NCBI GenBank assembly: GCA_036630325.1
Contig: CP142726.1
Coordinates: 806,001 to 870,000, forward strand
Source: Vairimorpha necatrix
Taxonomy: Eukaryota
Direction of reading: 5' to 3'
DNA length: 64,000 nucleotides
Made by a program: the position numbers and the translations under genes. Below the pieces are notes generated by a model that was not told the origin of the DNA, made no database searches, and saw nothing but the letters and a program-made list of their open reading frames with translations. Every line of letters starts with the position of its first letter. Position 1 is the first letter of the stretch. This document shows positions 1-11,284 of this stretch, one piece after another.

Positions 1-873
1 ATGGCCTGTGGATTTAAAGACAGTTTTATAGACATATTTTCATTAACAAAAGAGCCATTGAGAAAATTAAAGAAGTCTAGTGAATTGGCGAAATCTGATA
101 TAAAAACGGGAACAGAAGAGAAATTTGAAGAAGTTGGCTTTTCTTATAGGCTTGTAGGTCATGCGGGGCCTGTGTATGGGGTCAAGTTTTTTTCTTCTAA
201 TAAGTTTTTACTGTCTTGCTCACAGGATTGTACTGTAAAACTGTGGAGTTTGGACTTATTGGCGCCTGTTGGTGTCTACAAATCTCATGTTTTTCCTATT
301 TGGACTGTGGATGTCGCGCCAAATGACTTTTATTTCGCAAGTGGGTCGTCTGATAGACAAGCAGTCATTTGGTCAATGACAGGCGACAAACCAGAAAGGC
401 TGATAGTCACGGCATTGAGTGATGTGACAACAGTGAAATTCCATCCTAATTGTAAATATCTCTTTACTGGGTCTGCTGATCATAAAATCAGACTACACGA
501 CGTATCAAATGCACAACTTGTTAGAACCTTTCATGGGCACACTGACACGATAACTTGCCTTGATATTTCTCACTGTGGGAAATTATTAGTGTCAGGCAGT
601 AAAGATAAACACATAATATTATGGGATATACAAAATGGAAAGAGTCTAATTAAATATGCTGGACATGATAGCACAGTATTTTCAGTGTCATTTAGTTGGT
701 ATGGGACTATTATTGCTTCATCTGGTGCTGATAATTGTGTCAAATTATGGGACAAGACTGACCCGAAAGGAATATGTGTAGGAACATATTACACGAAGAA
801 TACGCCACTATATGGTGTCAAATTTGGATACAGAAACATAATCTCGACAGCTGGACCATTTATTGGGGGATAA
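1..873 (+). CDS. TAF5: TFIID subunit TAF5-like WD40 protein, C-terminal part (probably 5'-truncated by window edge)
   Basis: Tandem WD40 repeats with TAF5-typical segments: LVGHAGPVYGVKF, HVFPIWTVDV, DVTTVKFHPN, YYTKNTP. Confidence 0.8.
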   Translation: MACGFKDSFIDIFSLTKEPLRKLKKSSELAKSDIKTGTEEKFEEVGFSYRLVGHAGPVYGVKFFSSNKFLLSCSQDCTVKLWSLDLLAPVGVYKSHVFPIWTVDVAPNDFYFASGSSDRQAVIWSMTGDKPERLIVTALSDVTTVKFHPNCKYLFTGSADHKIRLHDVSNAQLVRTFHGHTDTITCLDISHCGKLLVSGSKDKHIILWDIQNGKSLIKYAGHDSTVFSVSFSWYGTIIASSGADNCVKLWDKTDPKGICVGTYYTKNTPLYGVKFGYRNIISTAGPFIGG

Positions 874-1553
874 TGAGAACTAGAAGCCAATTAAATTTAA
901 TTTATACTAAATTGCATATATTTTTTGTGTAAATAAAAGAGAACATTCTTTGACGACACGAAATAAAATTCTCAATATGTAAAATAATTTATATAGAACA
1001 TTATTCTAACTTATAGCAACTATTTGATTCACTTAATTCTCAAATAATAATATATCAAGTGGTATTACACTCATAGTAATATTATATTTCATTTAAATAT
1101 TTCCAATATAACATAATTTTATATCATGTGCAATTATGAGTATCGAAAATTTTAACAAATTAATATTTGTCTCTTTATCAAAATCTCTTAGGATTTTTTA
1201 ATAAGCTTCATAGCTATACTTCGTCTAGTCTCTTAATTACCCCTAAGATGCCGCGCAAAATGATCTTGCCACGACTCTTTGTTACTATTTGGTAGAAAGA
1301 TATTCTGTTGAGGTTAATTGATTTCTAAGCTTGGGATGATTTCTAAACTGGGTGTAAATTTCATTGTACCAGATGTGACACATTAATAAATCTATTTGAC
1401 GATTTTACAAAATAGAATTGGTCTGTTCTTACTCATCATTTACAAAGATTTAGAGTTTTGTAATGTATTTAGTTTCTTTATATTTATTACATTTCTTTTT
1501 CCTTCTATTTTTTCAGGATTATTTAATTTAGTTCTTATTTTATCCCTCATTTT

Positions 1554-2801
1554 ATGAAGTCTGATTTATTAACCCCATATACTGCAATATCTTTACTAGT
1601 TACTACAATGCTGGGCACTGGTATAACTTTCATGCCCTATGCTTTTAACTCTATAGGCTATAATTTCTCATTCTTAATTCTAATCTTCGTATCTTTTTGC
1701 ACTTTCATTTCTCTTCTTTGTATATCTCATGTTGTAAAAATCTCTCCTTTAAAGAAACATACTTATCTTTCTATAAGTAAAGATATATCAAAATTTATGT
1801 ATTATTTCGTCAACATATCATTATTTTGTAATTGTTTCTTTTCTAATGTATCTTTTTACAGATTTCTTACTGATATTCTTATTGAAATATTCCCATTTTC
1901 TAAGTGGCTAAAATTAGATCAAGAATATACTCGAAAAATAATCGCTCTTTTGATCTCGCCACTTTTACTTTATTTGAGTCTTAAAAAAGATCTAGTAAAT
2001 TTGAAAGTACAATCCTGGATTTCTACATTTTCTGTTTCTTTCTTGGCTTTACTTATTATATTTTATTCTTTATTTTTTGGGTCTAGTATTTATAAATCGG
2101 ATATTTTACCATTTAATTATAATTTTAAATATGCTGTACCTTTCTTCTTACCATCAATGATTTGTGAAAATTCTATGGTGGAAATAGTGCAGAAATTAAG
2201 AGATAAATCCTGGAAGAATCTTATTTTTATTTCTTTGACTACTTCTTTATGTGGATCATTTTTGTATGGAATGGTGGGGTATTGTGGCTACATAGTCTTT
2301 GGTAATAAAATACAAGGACATTTTGTCAAGGAATTATATGAAAGTAATTCTAAGATAAATGTATTCATGAGAACTCAATCATTTGATAAATATAATGTCC
2401 TTTCTAAGTTGGCTGTCTATAGTATGGCAATTGTACTGGTATCAGGATTTCCAATCCAGATGATTTCTGTTTCCAATGTATTTATGCAGTTTATGCGTAA
2501 AGAAAATAAAAATGATAAAAAAAGGTCTTACGTCACATTTTGTTTGTTTCTTCTTTGTTTTTTACTTGTGCTTATTGAGAATTTAAAGATCAAATTAATA
2601 AAAAGAGTAAGCGGGGCTATATTTTCCTCGTCGGTTGGATTGATACACCCATTCATTTATTACTTTTGTTTGAGTGAAACAAAAGGCATTTACTCTGTGG
2701 TTCCTAGGTGTATATTTGGAATAGTTAGTTGTCTCATTGTCTATATACTGATAACAATTATCCTGGATATCAAAGCAGGGGATCCTGAACTTTACAATTA
2801 A
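1554..2801 (+). CDS. Amino acid transporter (Aa_trans/AAAP-like), multi-pass membrane protein
   Basis: TTMLGTGITFMPYAF signature, GMVGYCGYIVFG, about 11 hydrophobic segments, CCC motif upstream of ATG. Confidence 0.8.
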   Translation: MKSDLLTPYTAISLLVTTMLGTGITFMPYAFNSIGYNFSFLILIFVSFCTFISLLCISHVVKISPLKKHTYLSISKDISKFMYYFVNISLFCNCFFSNVSFYRFLTDILIEIFPFSKWLKLDQEYTRKIIALLISPLLLYLSLKKDLVNLKVQSWISTFSVSFLALLIIFYSLFFGSSIYKSDILPFNYNFKYAVPFFLPSMICENSMVEIVQKLRDKSWKNLIFISLTTSLCGSFLYGMVGYCGYIVFGNKIQGHFVKELYESNSKINVFMRTQSFDKYNVLSKLAVYSMAIVLVSGFPIQMISVSNVFMQFMRKENKNDKKRSYVTFCLFLLCFLLVLIENLKIKLIKRVSGAIFSSSVGLIHPFIYYFCLSETKGIYSVVPRCIFGIVSCLIVYILITIILDIKAGDPELYN

Positions 2802-4460
2802 TTTATTATTAAGAAATAAATGCTCCTTGATGTTCTAAATTCACAAGAGTATTCTCTTTTTTTTTGTTTATACTCCTGCATTATTTTCTTAATTATGTAT
2901 AAATCAAATTATTAGAAATTTTCTAGATTAATGAATTTAGACTTCACTTTATGCATTCTTTTTTTGGTTTTTAAAAAAATCAATTAATTCGAAACTAATC
3001 TTGTTTTTTAAAAGATTAAACACTAATTTGTTTGATTTCTGTGGTGTAAATATAGATATTGCTTATTTCTGTTTTATATGAAACATTTTCTCATAAATAT
3101 ATAGCACTTATATTTTCTTCGTTTCAAATACTATTCAAATATTTTCAAAATATTCTGCATCAGTATCATAGAAATACTGGTAGATAAATTTAACACAATC
3201 TTATTAATCTACTATCAAAAGCATATTTCTCATATATAAAATCCTGTGGGGGCATTTAGCACGGAGAAATCCTCGATCTATGAATTATTTTTATATAGAA
3301 ACTAAGAAAAGATACCAGATACTTTGTATGGTTAAATGGCACTTTGTAAAGTTAACAAGGATACTATCGAGGCATGTAGAAGACCTAAATCTAAGCTTTA
3401 TGGAAGATAAAATTAATAAAATCTTAGTTTTGGTTAAGTAGGGCCTTATTCGATTAAGTCTAAGAGCCTGTTTATCTAGAGAAAGCTTTGATCTTATTGG
3501 ACTTATAAGGAAATTAAATCTATCATATGAAAATGATATAAAATCAGACTATGTAATTCTAAAAATATTGTCTATTGATAACATCTTTGGCTTGATGAAT
3601 TGTTTATAAATATTAATATCTAAAAGAGACATATCAAAGAAGTCATGAATATATGTGACAAGACAATTATAGTGATCAATGTTATATCATATACAATGAA
3701 GTTATATTTCAACTTAATCTCCGAGGAGATAATAAAGATATGTGAATTATAAATCTTCAGGTCATTGTGTAAACAAGTTAGGCTCTCGTATATCTTGCTT
3801 TGTATATAATTCTATATCAGATAAAATAAATATACATAGTATAATATTATATAAATCTAACTGACATTTTTTTTTCATTATAAATTACACAAGATAACAT
3901 TATCTTATGTTTATTGTAGTATCTATGCAATATCGTAGAAAAAATACTGTATTTCAAGCCACAAATAAAAAACATCGAGGTCCCTTCCATGTTTATGCAG
4001 TTTTTTTTCTTTTTATAGTTTTAAAATTCATGGAACGTTCTAAAACCAACAAACTCGATTTTAGAGGGAAAAATGAAAAAAGTGTAATATTATTAAATTT
4101 TTGATTTCAAAATTTTTTGTCTAATATTTAAAAAAACTAAATAAGCACTATGTTGTTTGCATATTAATTTATTCTGCATAAATATGATTCATTGAACAAA
4201 CATGCTTGAATTGTTTAAGTATAAATAAGATACACACAGGTCTTAGTAAATAGATTATTTATAATTATATTTGTGTTGTTTATAAGTCTTTATGTGTTTA
4301 ATATGAGTATTAAGGATTGATTTATGCTTATTTGCAAGTTTAAATATTTTTATATTTAGTTAAATTACATTTTTTATTTAATGCTAAGGTTTTATTTAAA
4401 AGTTTTTTACACAATTAAATTAGAAATAATAAATTAAAAATATAAAATTTAATATGCACA

Positions 4461-5999
4461 CTATGTGTTAATTTTATATAGAATATGTCTGGCAAAATTG
4501 ACCTTTTTCAAATCTTTTATAAATGGTTTTAAGACTTTCTTCAATTTCTCTTTAGATGCATTATCAACACTATCATAAAATTTCTGGACTACGTAATTCC
4601 CATACATATCAGTGGACATATTGAAAATTCTAGGCTTACCACCCACAACTTCTAGAAATTTACACAGAAATCTGTCTTTTTGTTCTTTATTAGAAATGAC
4701 AATGCATTGTTCAATGACATTAGAAGAAAATTTAAATTTGCTCAAATTATAACAATCATTTATAATTTGAGAAATGACAGCATTTCTTTCTTCGTCATTA
4801 CTGACAGTAAGCATATGCTGAATTACATAATTTCCATACTGGTCATTTACTAAATTTTCTAAATTACCAATCAAAATTTTTAAAATTCTTTTTACGTCTG
4901 ACTCACTACAAAATTCTAGTAATCTTTGTATAACGCGGCAACCATATCTATGAGTACTCAAAAACACAGAATCCTTTTTAAATACGTCAATAACAAGATT
5001 TTTATCATCTGATTTTTCAATATATTTCTGAATAACATGATTTCCATTTTGATCTTCGATCAAATGAAAAATATTTTCTCTAATTTCTTCTACTACAAAA
5101 TCAATACATTCAAAACAGTCCATGAGTTTTTGGATGACGCGACATCCGTAAGGATGTAAAGACAAATCATAAATGCGATTTTTAAATTCAGAAAAAACTG
5201 TAAATTTTTGAGATTCTGTCAACTTAGGTAGAATTTTTTGTATAACATAATTCCCGAATAAATTTGATGATAAATCATAAATTGAATCTTCAATTTGTGA
5301 AAAAAACCAGTCAATTTCTTCTTCTGTTGATAAATCGATCCTATTTTGAATAAGTCTGGATCCTTCCTGATCTTTGCTCATATAAACACAAAACTCTTTA
5401 AGGCAGACTGGATTATTTGTAAGAGGCTTAGTCAATAAAGCGTCAGACTTCTGTTGATCCGAATAAAATAAAAACATGTCACTAAGAAACATGTTTTCTG
5501 TAGTGTCAAGCTCTTTTTTATAAATCTGATTTTTTATAGAATTATTTGGTGAAGAATTAATACTTAAAAGATTATTAAAAGTATTCGGATCTAAAATACT
5601 AATATCACCAATGGGCGTCGTAGTTCTAGACGTGCCTTTATATTCTTTACTTTTAGATTCTGGATTATCATTATCAATCTTCTCTAATAAACTATCTCCT
5701 TTAGATTTAAAAGAATATAAATCTGAACTAAAAGCCTTATTAATAATCTCATCATATTCACTAAGCCATATTTTCCCTTTAATGTGAATATCTGGCGGCG
5801 GAATTCGAACATCATCTTTACTATTTTTACTATAATATGAAGAATATTGAATGTCAATAAGTTCAACATCATCTGAGACAAAGAGTTTGTCAACTGGTGG
5901 AGCTGAACATGGCCTTTGTTCTTTTATGTTCAATTTATTCAATATAGACGAATTTCCTTTATTTATATTTGGAGTTTTATTGTATTTTCCATTGCTCAT
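4461..5999 (-). CDS. Pumilio/PUF family RNA-binding protein
   Basis: Eight PUF repeats (DQEGSRLIQ, FGNYVIQK, YGCRVIQK, NGNHVIQK, YGCRVIQR, YGNYVIQH, FSSNVIEQ, YGNYVVQK); N-terminal RPCSAPP. Confidence 0.95.
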   Translation of the reverse strand: MSNGKYNKTPNINKGNSSILNKLNIKEQRPCSAPPVDKLFVSDDVELIDIQYSSYYSKNSKDDVRIPPPDIHIKGKIWLSEYDEIINKAFSSDLYSFKSKGDSLLEKIDNDNPESKSKEYKGTSRTTTPIGDISILDPNTFNNLLSINSSPNNSIKNQIYKKELDTTENMFLSDMFLFYSDQQKSDALLTKPLTNNPVCLKEFCVYMSKDQEGSRLIQNRIDLSTEEEIDWFFSQIEDSIYDLSSNLFGNYVIQKILPKLTESQKFTVFSEFKNRIYDLSLHPYGCRVIQKLMDCFECIDFVVEEIRENIFHLIEDQNGNHVIQKYIEKSDDKNLVIDVFKKDSVFLSTHRYGCRVIQRLLEFCSESDVKRILKILIGNLENLVNDQYGNYVIQHMLTVSNDEERNAVISQIINDCYNLSKFKFSSNVIEQCIVISNKEQKDRFLCKFLEVVGGKPRIFNMSTDMYGNYVVQKFYDSVDNASKEKLKKVLKPFIKDLKKVNFARHILYKINT

Positions 6000-7710
6000 T
6001 GTTTATATTTTCTATTGAAAGGGTTATAAATTTTTAAAGGAGCAGTATCTCCTTTGTTATAAAATCAGAGCAAATTATCAATGATAAAATAGACTGAAGT
6101 TTTATTTCGAAATGGAATTTGTTTTTATTATTATTTTTCTAATTTAAAAAAATATATTTTCAGATAAAATTTATGCAATTTATTTTTATTTATAGTTTTT
6201 TTGTTAATGCAAAGTGACTTTGTTTGTTTTTACGAACAAAGTCGGATATTTATTCTCTTGATTTTTTCACCCCACTTACCAAGTGGAATAATGAACAAAT
6301 GTTCATTTAAAAAATATTCTTACTAGTCATCTTTATCTAGCGAATGAGTATTTTTTGGTACTGCCATCCACATAATTTTTTAATCGGGAGATTAAGCTTT
6401 GGCTTTCTCCTTTAAATGTAATGTTTTTCAAATGTCAAAAAAATTCATCCGTTTTCTATTCGAAAATTGAAAGGTGTCAAAATGTTTTGTAATTTATAAG
6501 GAAGAAATTCCTCCTTTAAAATGGCATATAACAGAGATGTCAAAAATGTTTAGTAATTATAAAAAGGAGAGAAGAAATATCTTCTTATATTAATAGCATT
6601 CAATAAGATTATTAAGTGTCTTAGCTTCATTTAACAAGAAGTTCGGCATTTATAATATTTTGGAATAAAGATATAAATTTACTGCGCAGCCATTTAAAAC
6701 TCAAGCCGACGTTTTATTTTATATTTTGATGCTAAAATAATGTGAATTTTCATATTGTTTGTAATATGCAGCTAAAAAATTGGATTTTTTTTTTATTTTT
6801 TATTTTTATTAAAGAAAGTTATAGTGAGTTTCTTACCAAAAGCTTTTTTCTCTTCTACATTTATTTTTATTTCTTCTTTCAAAATTTCCGAGGCTTTTGG
6901 TGGTATAGGATAAGAAACTCCTGCATATTTCTCATTTCTCAAATCTGATGAAGTTTTGTTGGATATTCTCATTAGTTTGTCGTCCTTCTTTTTTTTACCC
7001 TTCACCAATCTTTTTTATTTTTAAATCTGTAAAAATTGTATATTGATTTGTGAATTTAAAACAATTTAGTTTGTTGAAAATTTATTTATTTTAATTGGTT
7101 CATTTCGAATATGTCAATCACTTTACCACGTAATCAATTTTATTGGTTCAAATTGGTTTTATTTTTTTGAGTCATTACAGTTCTTAGTTTGGTTTATTTA
7201 ATGATATCTTTTATTAAATCGTGTAAGTTAATTTATTTTTATTAATTCATGACAAATATAATGATTTACTGTCACGTGATATCTTTTATTAGATTATATA
7301 TAAATGAATTTACCTTTTCTGGTATATAACAAATATTTATATCACTTCGATACTTAATTTTATTGTTTGAGCTACAAATGGCTTATTTTTATAGTACATT
7401 AGAAATATGTCTATAGTTTTATTTAGAACTACTACTTGCTTTTTGGAACTTTTTTTTGGTCCATCAATCTGTGCTAGTCTTTCTTAATTTAAAAACATTA
7501 CTAAAGAATTATTTGGATATATGACAAAATATGATTGCGTATTTTGTCTTGCGAAACTAAGAATTCTCGTTTCTAAAATGTAATACACAAAAAAAGAGGA
7601 TCAAGGAATCTACAATATAATCTAACATTTTGTCATAATAAAAACAACGAATATGTATTTGAATGTATAAAATATATCAAAACATGCTCTTATAAAGCAT
7701 ACTAGATTGC

Positions 7711-7820
7711 TGTTGTGGTCAGAATAATTACCGAAAAACATGGGTTTATTTATTTAATAAATTTATAGTAAATATCAGATGATATTTACTATATCAGAGA
7801 TTGACATGCTATACTCAACA
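7711..7820 (-). repeat. 3' LTR (110 bp)
   Basis: Base-for-base identical to 11175-11284. Confidence 0.97.
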
Positions 7821-7834
7821 CTCTTCCTCCTTTT
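7821..7834 (-). other. Polypurine tract
   Basis: Minus strand AAAAGGAGGAAGAG directly abutting the 3' LTR. Confidence 0.9.
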
Positions 7835-8735
7835 AAAAAAAATATTTTCTCACGTTACTTAGGTTCGAAGTAATCAACCTTCCATCTGTTAGCTTGATGT
7901 CAACAGATCCAAACCTCTTAGCTATAATTGTTCCACTAAAATTATAATCTGCTGCTAATTTATGTTCTTTACCGACTGGGTGATGATAAAGTATATTATC
8001 TCCAACTTTAATTTCTTCTCTAGTTTTACTTCTTGTCGGTTTGCAGTAACTTGTTTTGTATTGAATTATGTGCTGTTTTTGTTGTTTTGACATTTTCTTC
8101 TTCGACCACATTTCCCGCGGTGAACAGTTTATTCCTCGATGAAATGAATCCAGATATCCTTCCAACGTTTTCTTAATGCATTGCACCCAGTCAATCCTCC
8201 CGAAATTTGACACCTTTTTTAACTTTTCCACAAATGTTCTGTTGAATCTCTCTACTAACCCTGTAGTTGTAGGTGTATATGGTGCCCCCAGTCTCCATTC
8301 AATTTTATGTATCGTTGCTAAATTTTTCATGCTCTGGTTCACGAACTCTTTTCCATTATCAGATATAACAACCTTTGGTGCGCCCATTTTTTTAATAGTT
8401 TCTTCGAGTCCCCCACTCGTTTCCATTGCATCCTTAGTCCGCAATGGTATTACATTCGCTACCTTTGAGAAGTGATCGATTATGGTTAACAAATATCTAT
8501 ATCCTTGTTGGCTTTGCGGTAGAGGCCCTACTATGTCAATTTCCCATATTTCGTTTAATTTATCTGCTCTAACCGGAATGATGCTCTTCTTGATGTAATA
8601 TGACCCCATCTGTTGACACTTAAGGCAATTTTGTATTGTCTTTATAACTTCCTTTCGTAGACCTTTTATTTTTTCTTTCCTTAAGGCGTACATCATTGCT
8701 TTATATTATCCATGTGCTAGCCGTTCGTGTGTCTA
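7833..8735 (-). pseudogene. Integrase part of pol (HHCC zinc finger and rve core)
   Basis: HERLAHG..CLKC, WEIDIVGPLP, SDNGKEF, GLVERFNRT; in-frame stops at 8733-8735 and 8706-8708. Confidence 0.92.
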
Positions 8736-9538
8736 TTTAACAAGTTTCGTAACTTCACTTTGTTCTTTTATAACTTTGATACTCTGCGTTTCCCCCATCA
8801 TTCGACTTAAAGAGTCGCTTGGATTATTCTGTCCTTTAATATGTTCGATCTCTATATCATATTCCTGCAGATAGAGCGCCCATCTTGCGAACTTTGTTTT
8901 CATGTTTGTACTCTTGAATAGAAATTTTATCGCACTATGATCTGTTCTTAGCAGAAATTTCTTTCCAATTAAGTAATGTCTAAAATGCTCAATTGCTTTG
9001 ATTACTGCTAATAATTCTTTTTCTGTCGTTGAATAATTTTTTTCTGCCTTAGAATGCACTGAGAAAAATAACACAAGATTTTTTCTTCTCCTCTCTGTAT
9101 CTGTGAAAGTATTGCCCCCGAACCAAGATCTGATGCATCTGTAGTAAGAATAAATTTTTCATTAAGATCGGGCATTCCGAGTACTCCCGTCCTTCCAATA
9201 TTATCTTTTAGTGATTCGATAGCTTTAATATATTTGTCTTCGTTACTAATTCTCTTCCAATCTACTTCCGAATTCTTTTTTATTAATCCATAAAGGTATG
9301 TAGTTTCTTTCGATAAATTCTTTATAAACTTACTACAATAGTTAATCGTCCCTAAAAAAGATTCTAATTCCTTTCTGTTCTGAGGAATTTTTAGTTCTTT
9401 AATCGCTTTTATCCTTTCTGGATCAATTCTAATCCCTCTATGGTCTACTACGTGTCCCAGTATTTGGATTTGCTTCTGTTCATATTCACATTTGCTATCG
9501 TTAAGCTTTAATCCTGCCTTATTAATTAATTCTAACAC
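8733..9538 (-). pseudogene. RT C-terminal and RNase H part of pol, frameshifted
   Basis: ILGHVV, FLGTINY, LTTDASDLG, NYSTTEKELLAV, TDHSAI; frame changes near 9553 and 9060. Confidence 0.92.
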
Positions 9539-11205
9539 TTTTCTAACGTGATACTATGTTCTTCCAAAGTCCTACTATATATAATAATGTCATCCATATA
9601 CGCCATGGTGAACTTCCCGAGGTACGGCTTTAATATTCTATTCATCATCCTTTGAAACGTCGCTGGAGCATTCACTAGACCAAATGGCATGTACATAAAT
9701 TCATAAAGTTCACCCCCGCATGAAAAAGCTGTTTTCTCTATATCGTTTTCATTCATTTTTATCTGGTGATATCCTGATAATGCATCTAATTTAGTAAAAA
9801 AGATTGATCCGTGCAGAGAGTCTAATATCTCGTCAACCCGAGGCATGGGGTACGAGTCTTTTATTGTTATTTCGTTTAGTCTTCTGTAGTCAACGCATAA
9901 CCTGTAATCTCCGTTCTTTTTCTTTGCCAGTACCACTGGACTTCTCCATGGACTATTAGACTCCCGTATGACACCTTCTTTTAGATATTGTTTAACAATT
10001 TTCACCGCTTCCTTTTCCGCTTCCGCCCCTAACCTATAACACGCGTTCGTTATTGGAGGGAGATTTTGAGTGATAATCCTATGTTCTCCCAGATTTTCTT
10101 TTGCACACTCCTTTTGTGTCCATTCGATGCGACAGTCTATTCCAAATTCAATTTTGACTTTATGTTTCTTAAGGAAGCCGAGACCAATGATCATATTTGA
10201 AGTTATATCGTTAGTTACAACAAAATTTTCTTCGAAGACTCTTTCTCCGATCGTGAATTTTTGTCTTGTCATATCCAAAGTTTTTATTTCTGTACCGTTT
10301 GCAGAGATAAGGTTTCCTGTGTGTTCCAGTTTGAAATTCCTAACGTATTTTTCTTTAATTAAGTTTACGCATGCTCCTGAGTCGACCAGCGCTTGTACAT
10401 GGAATTTTCCGATTTTTACTACTACTGTGAGGTCTTTATTTGAGGCATTACCTAAGGACCTAATGGCGTTGTAATAATTAAAAGTTTTATTTTCATTGCA
10501 TTCATCCTCTTCTTTAATTTCCATTCCAACTTGTCTTACCTTCGTTTTGCGCTGTTCCTTTTTTCTTTTTTCGCATTCTCTTTTAAAATGTCCTTTTCTG
10601 CCACAATACCAACACTCACCATTGCCCTGCACTTTGCATATCTCCATCGTTTCTTCTTTGGCCTTTTGAGGTAATGTCGTATACGTATTCGATCTATTAC
10701 TACAATCGAGTCCTTCACAAGCATTATAGATATAGTTCCATGTAAGTTCAGACGGCGTATTCATCAATAAAATTCCTCCAATATCATCAGGCAGTCCATT
10801 AAGTACGAATGCAATTAGGACATTATCCGGAAGTCCAGCTTTTATTGAAATTCTCCTCATTTGATCCAAGTATGAAAAAAACGATCCCGACTGGTATAGG
10901 CACCGTGCTAGACTTTTTATGTGTCCCACACTGCTTAATCTTCCTTTAAATCTTTTTAGAAATGCCTCACACAAGAATTCAAATTGACAGCTCCATGGCA
11001 CCGATTCCGCCCATATAGCTGCTTCCCCTGCTAAATGATCACGAAAGAAGAAAACCTTTCCCTCTTCTCCACAGTTTGTAATTACTGCCCATCCCCTTAT
11101 GTATGCCAAGAATGCATCAGGATCATCTTCTCTACTGTTCCTAAAGATTTTTTTGTTTGCGGTTGTCGCCAAACTGTTGTGGTCAGAATAATTACCGAAA
11201 AACAT
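9532..11205 (-). CDS. gag-protease-RT (N-terminal part of a single gag-pol ORF)
   Basis: Zn knuckle CWYCGRKGHFKREC, protease LVDSGA, RT motifs RLCVDYRRLN, MPFGLVNAPATFQ, YMDD. Confidence 0.95.
   Translation of the reverse strand: MFFGNYSDHNSLATTANKKIFRNSREDDPDAFLAYIRGWAVITNCGEEGKVFFFRDHLAGEAAIWAESVPWSCQFEFLCEAFLKRFKGRLSSVGHIKSLARCLYQSGSFFSYLDQMRRISIKAGLPDNVLIAFVLNGLPDDIGGILLMNTPSELTWNYIYNACEGLDCSNRSNTYTTLPQKAKEETMEICKVQGNGECWYCGRKGHFKRECEKRKKEQRKTKVRQVGMEIKEEDECNENKTFNYYNAIRSLGNASNKDLTVVVKIGKFHVQALVDSGACVNLIKEKYVRNFKLEHTGNLISANGTEIKTLDMTRQKFTIGERVFEENFVVTNDITSNMIIGLGFLKKHKVKIEFGIDCRIEWTQKECAKENLGEHRIITQNLPPITNACYRLGAEAEKEAVKIVKQYLKEGVIRESNSPWRSPVVLAKKKNGDYRLCVDYRRLNEITIKDSYPMPRVDEILDSLHGSIFFTKLDALSGYHQIKMNENDIEKTAFSCGGELYEFMYMPFGLVNAPATFQRMMNRILKPYLGKFTMAYMDDIIIYSRTLEEHSITLEKC
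11158..11171 (-). other. Primer binding site, tRNA-Ser-like
   Basis: Minus strand TGGCGACAACCGCA 3 nt from the 5' LTR; complementary to a tRNA 3' end UGCGGUUGUCGCCA, resembling fungal tRNA-Ser ends as I recall them. Confidence 0.75.
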
Positions 11206-11284
11206 GGGTTTATTTATTTAATAAATTTATAGTAAATATCAGATGATATTTACTATATCAGAGATTGACATGCTATACTCAACA
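11175..11284 (-). repeat. 5' LTR (110 bp)
   Basis: Identical to 7711-7820; contains CCC-ATG of gag. Confidence 0.97.

Larger units (their letters stand above)
7711..11284 (-). mobile_element. Ty3/gypsy LTR retrotransposon, full length (3574 bp), pol disrupted
   Basis: Identical 110-bp LTRs (TGTTG...CAACA), 5-bp TSD ATTGC (7706-7710 and 11285-11289), PBS, PPT, domain order gag-PR-RT-RH-IN. Confidence 0.97.

Noticed and set aside
3240-3800. Possible retroelement remnant
   Set aside because: Only faint peptide resemblance with many stops; cannot support a call
3907-4104. 65-aa plus-strand ORF
   Set aside because: No CCC/GGG start context and no recognisable motif
9532-9560. Programmed gag-pol frameshift
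   Set aside because: The shift lies inside RT after YMDD, not at the gag-pol junction; gag and protease are already in frame
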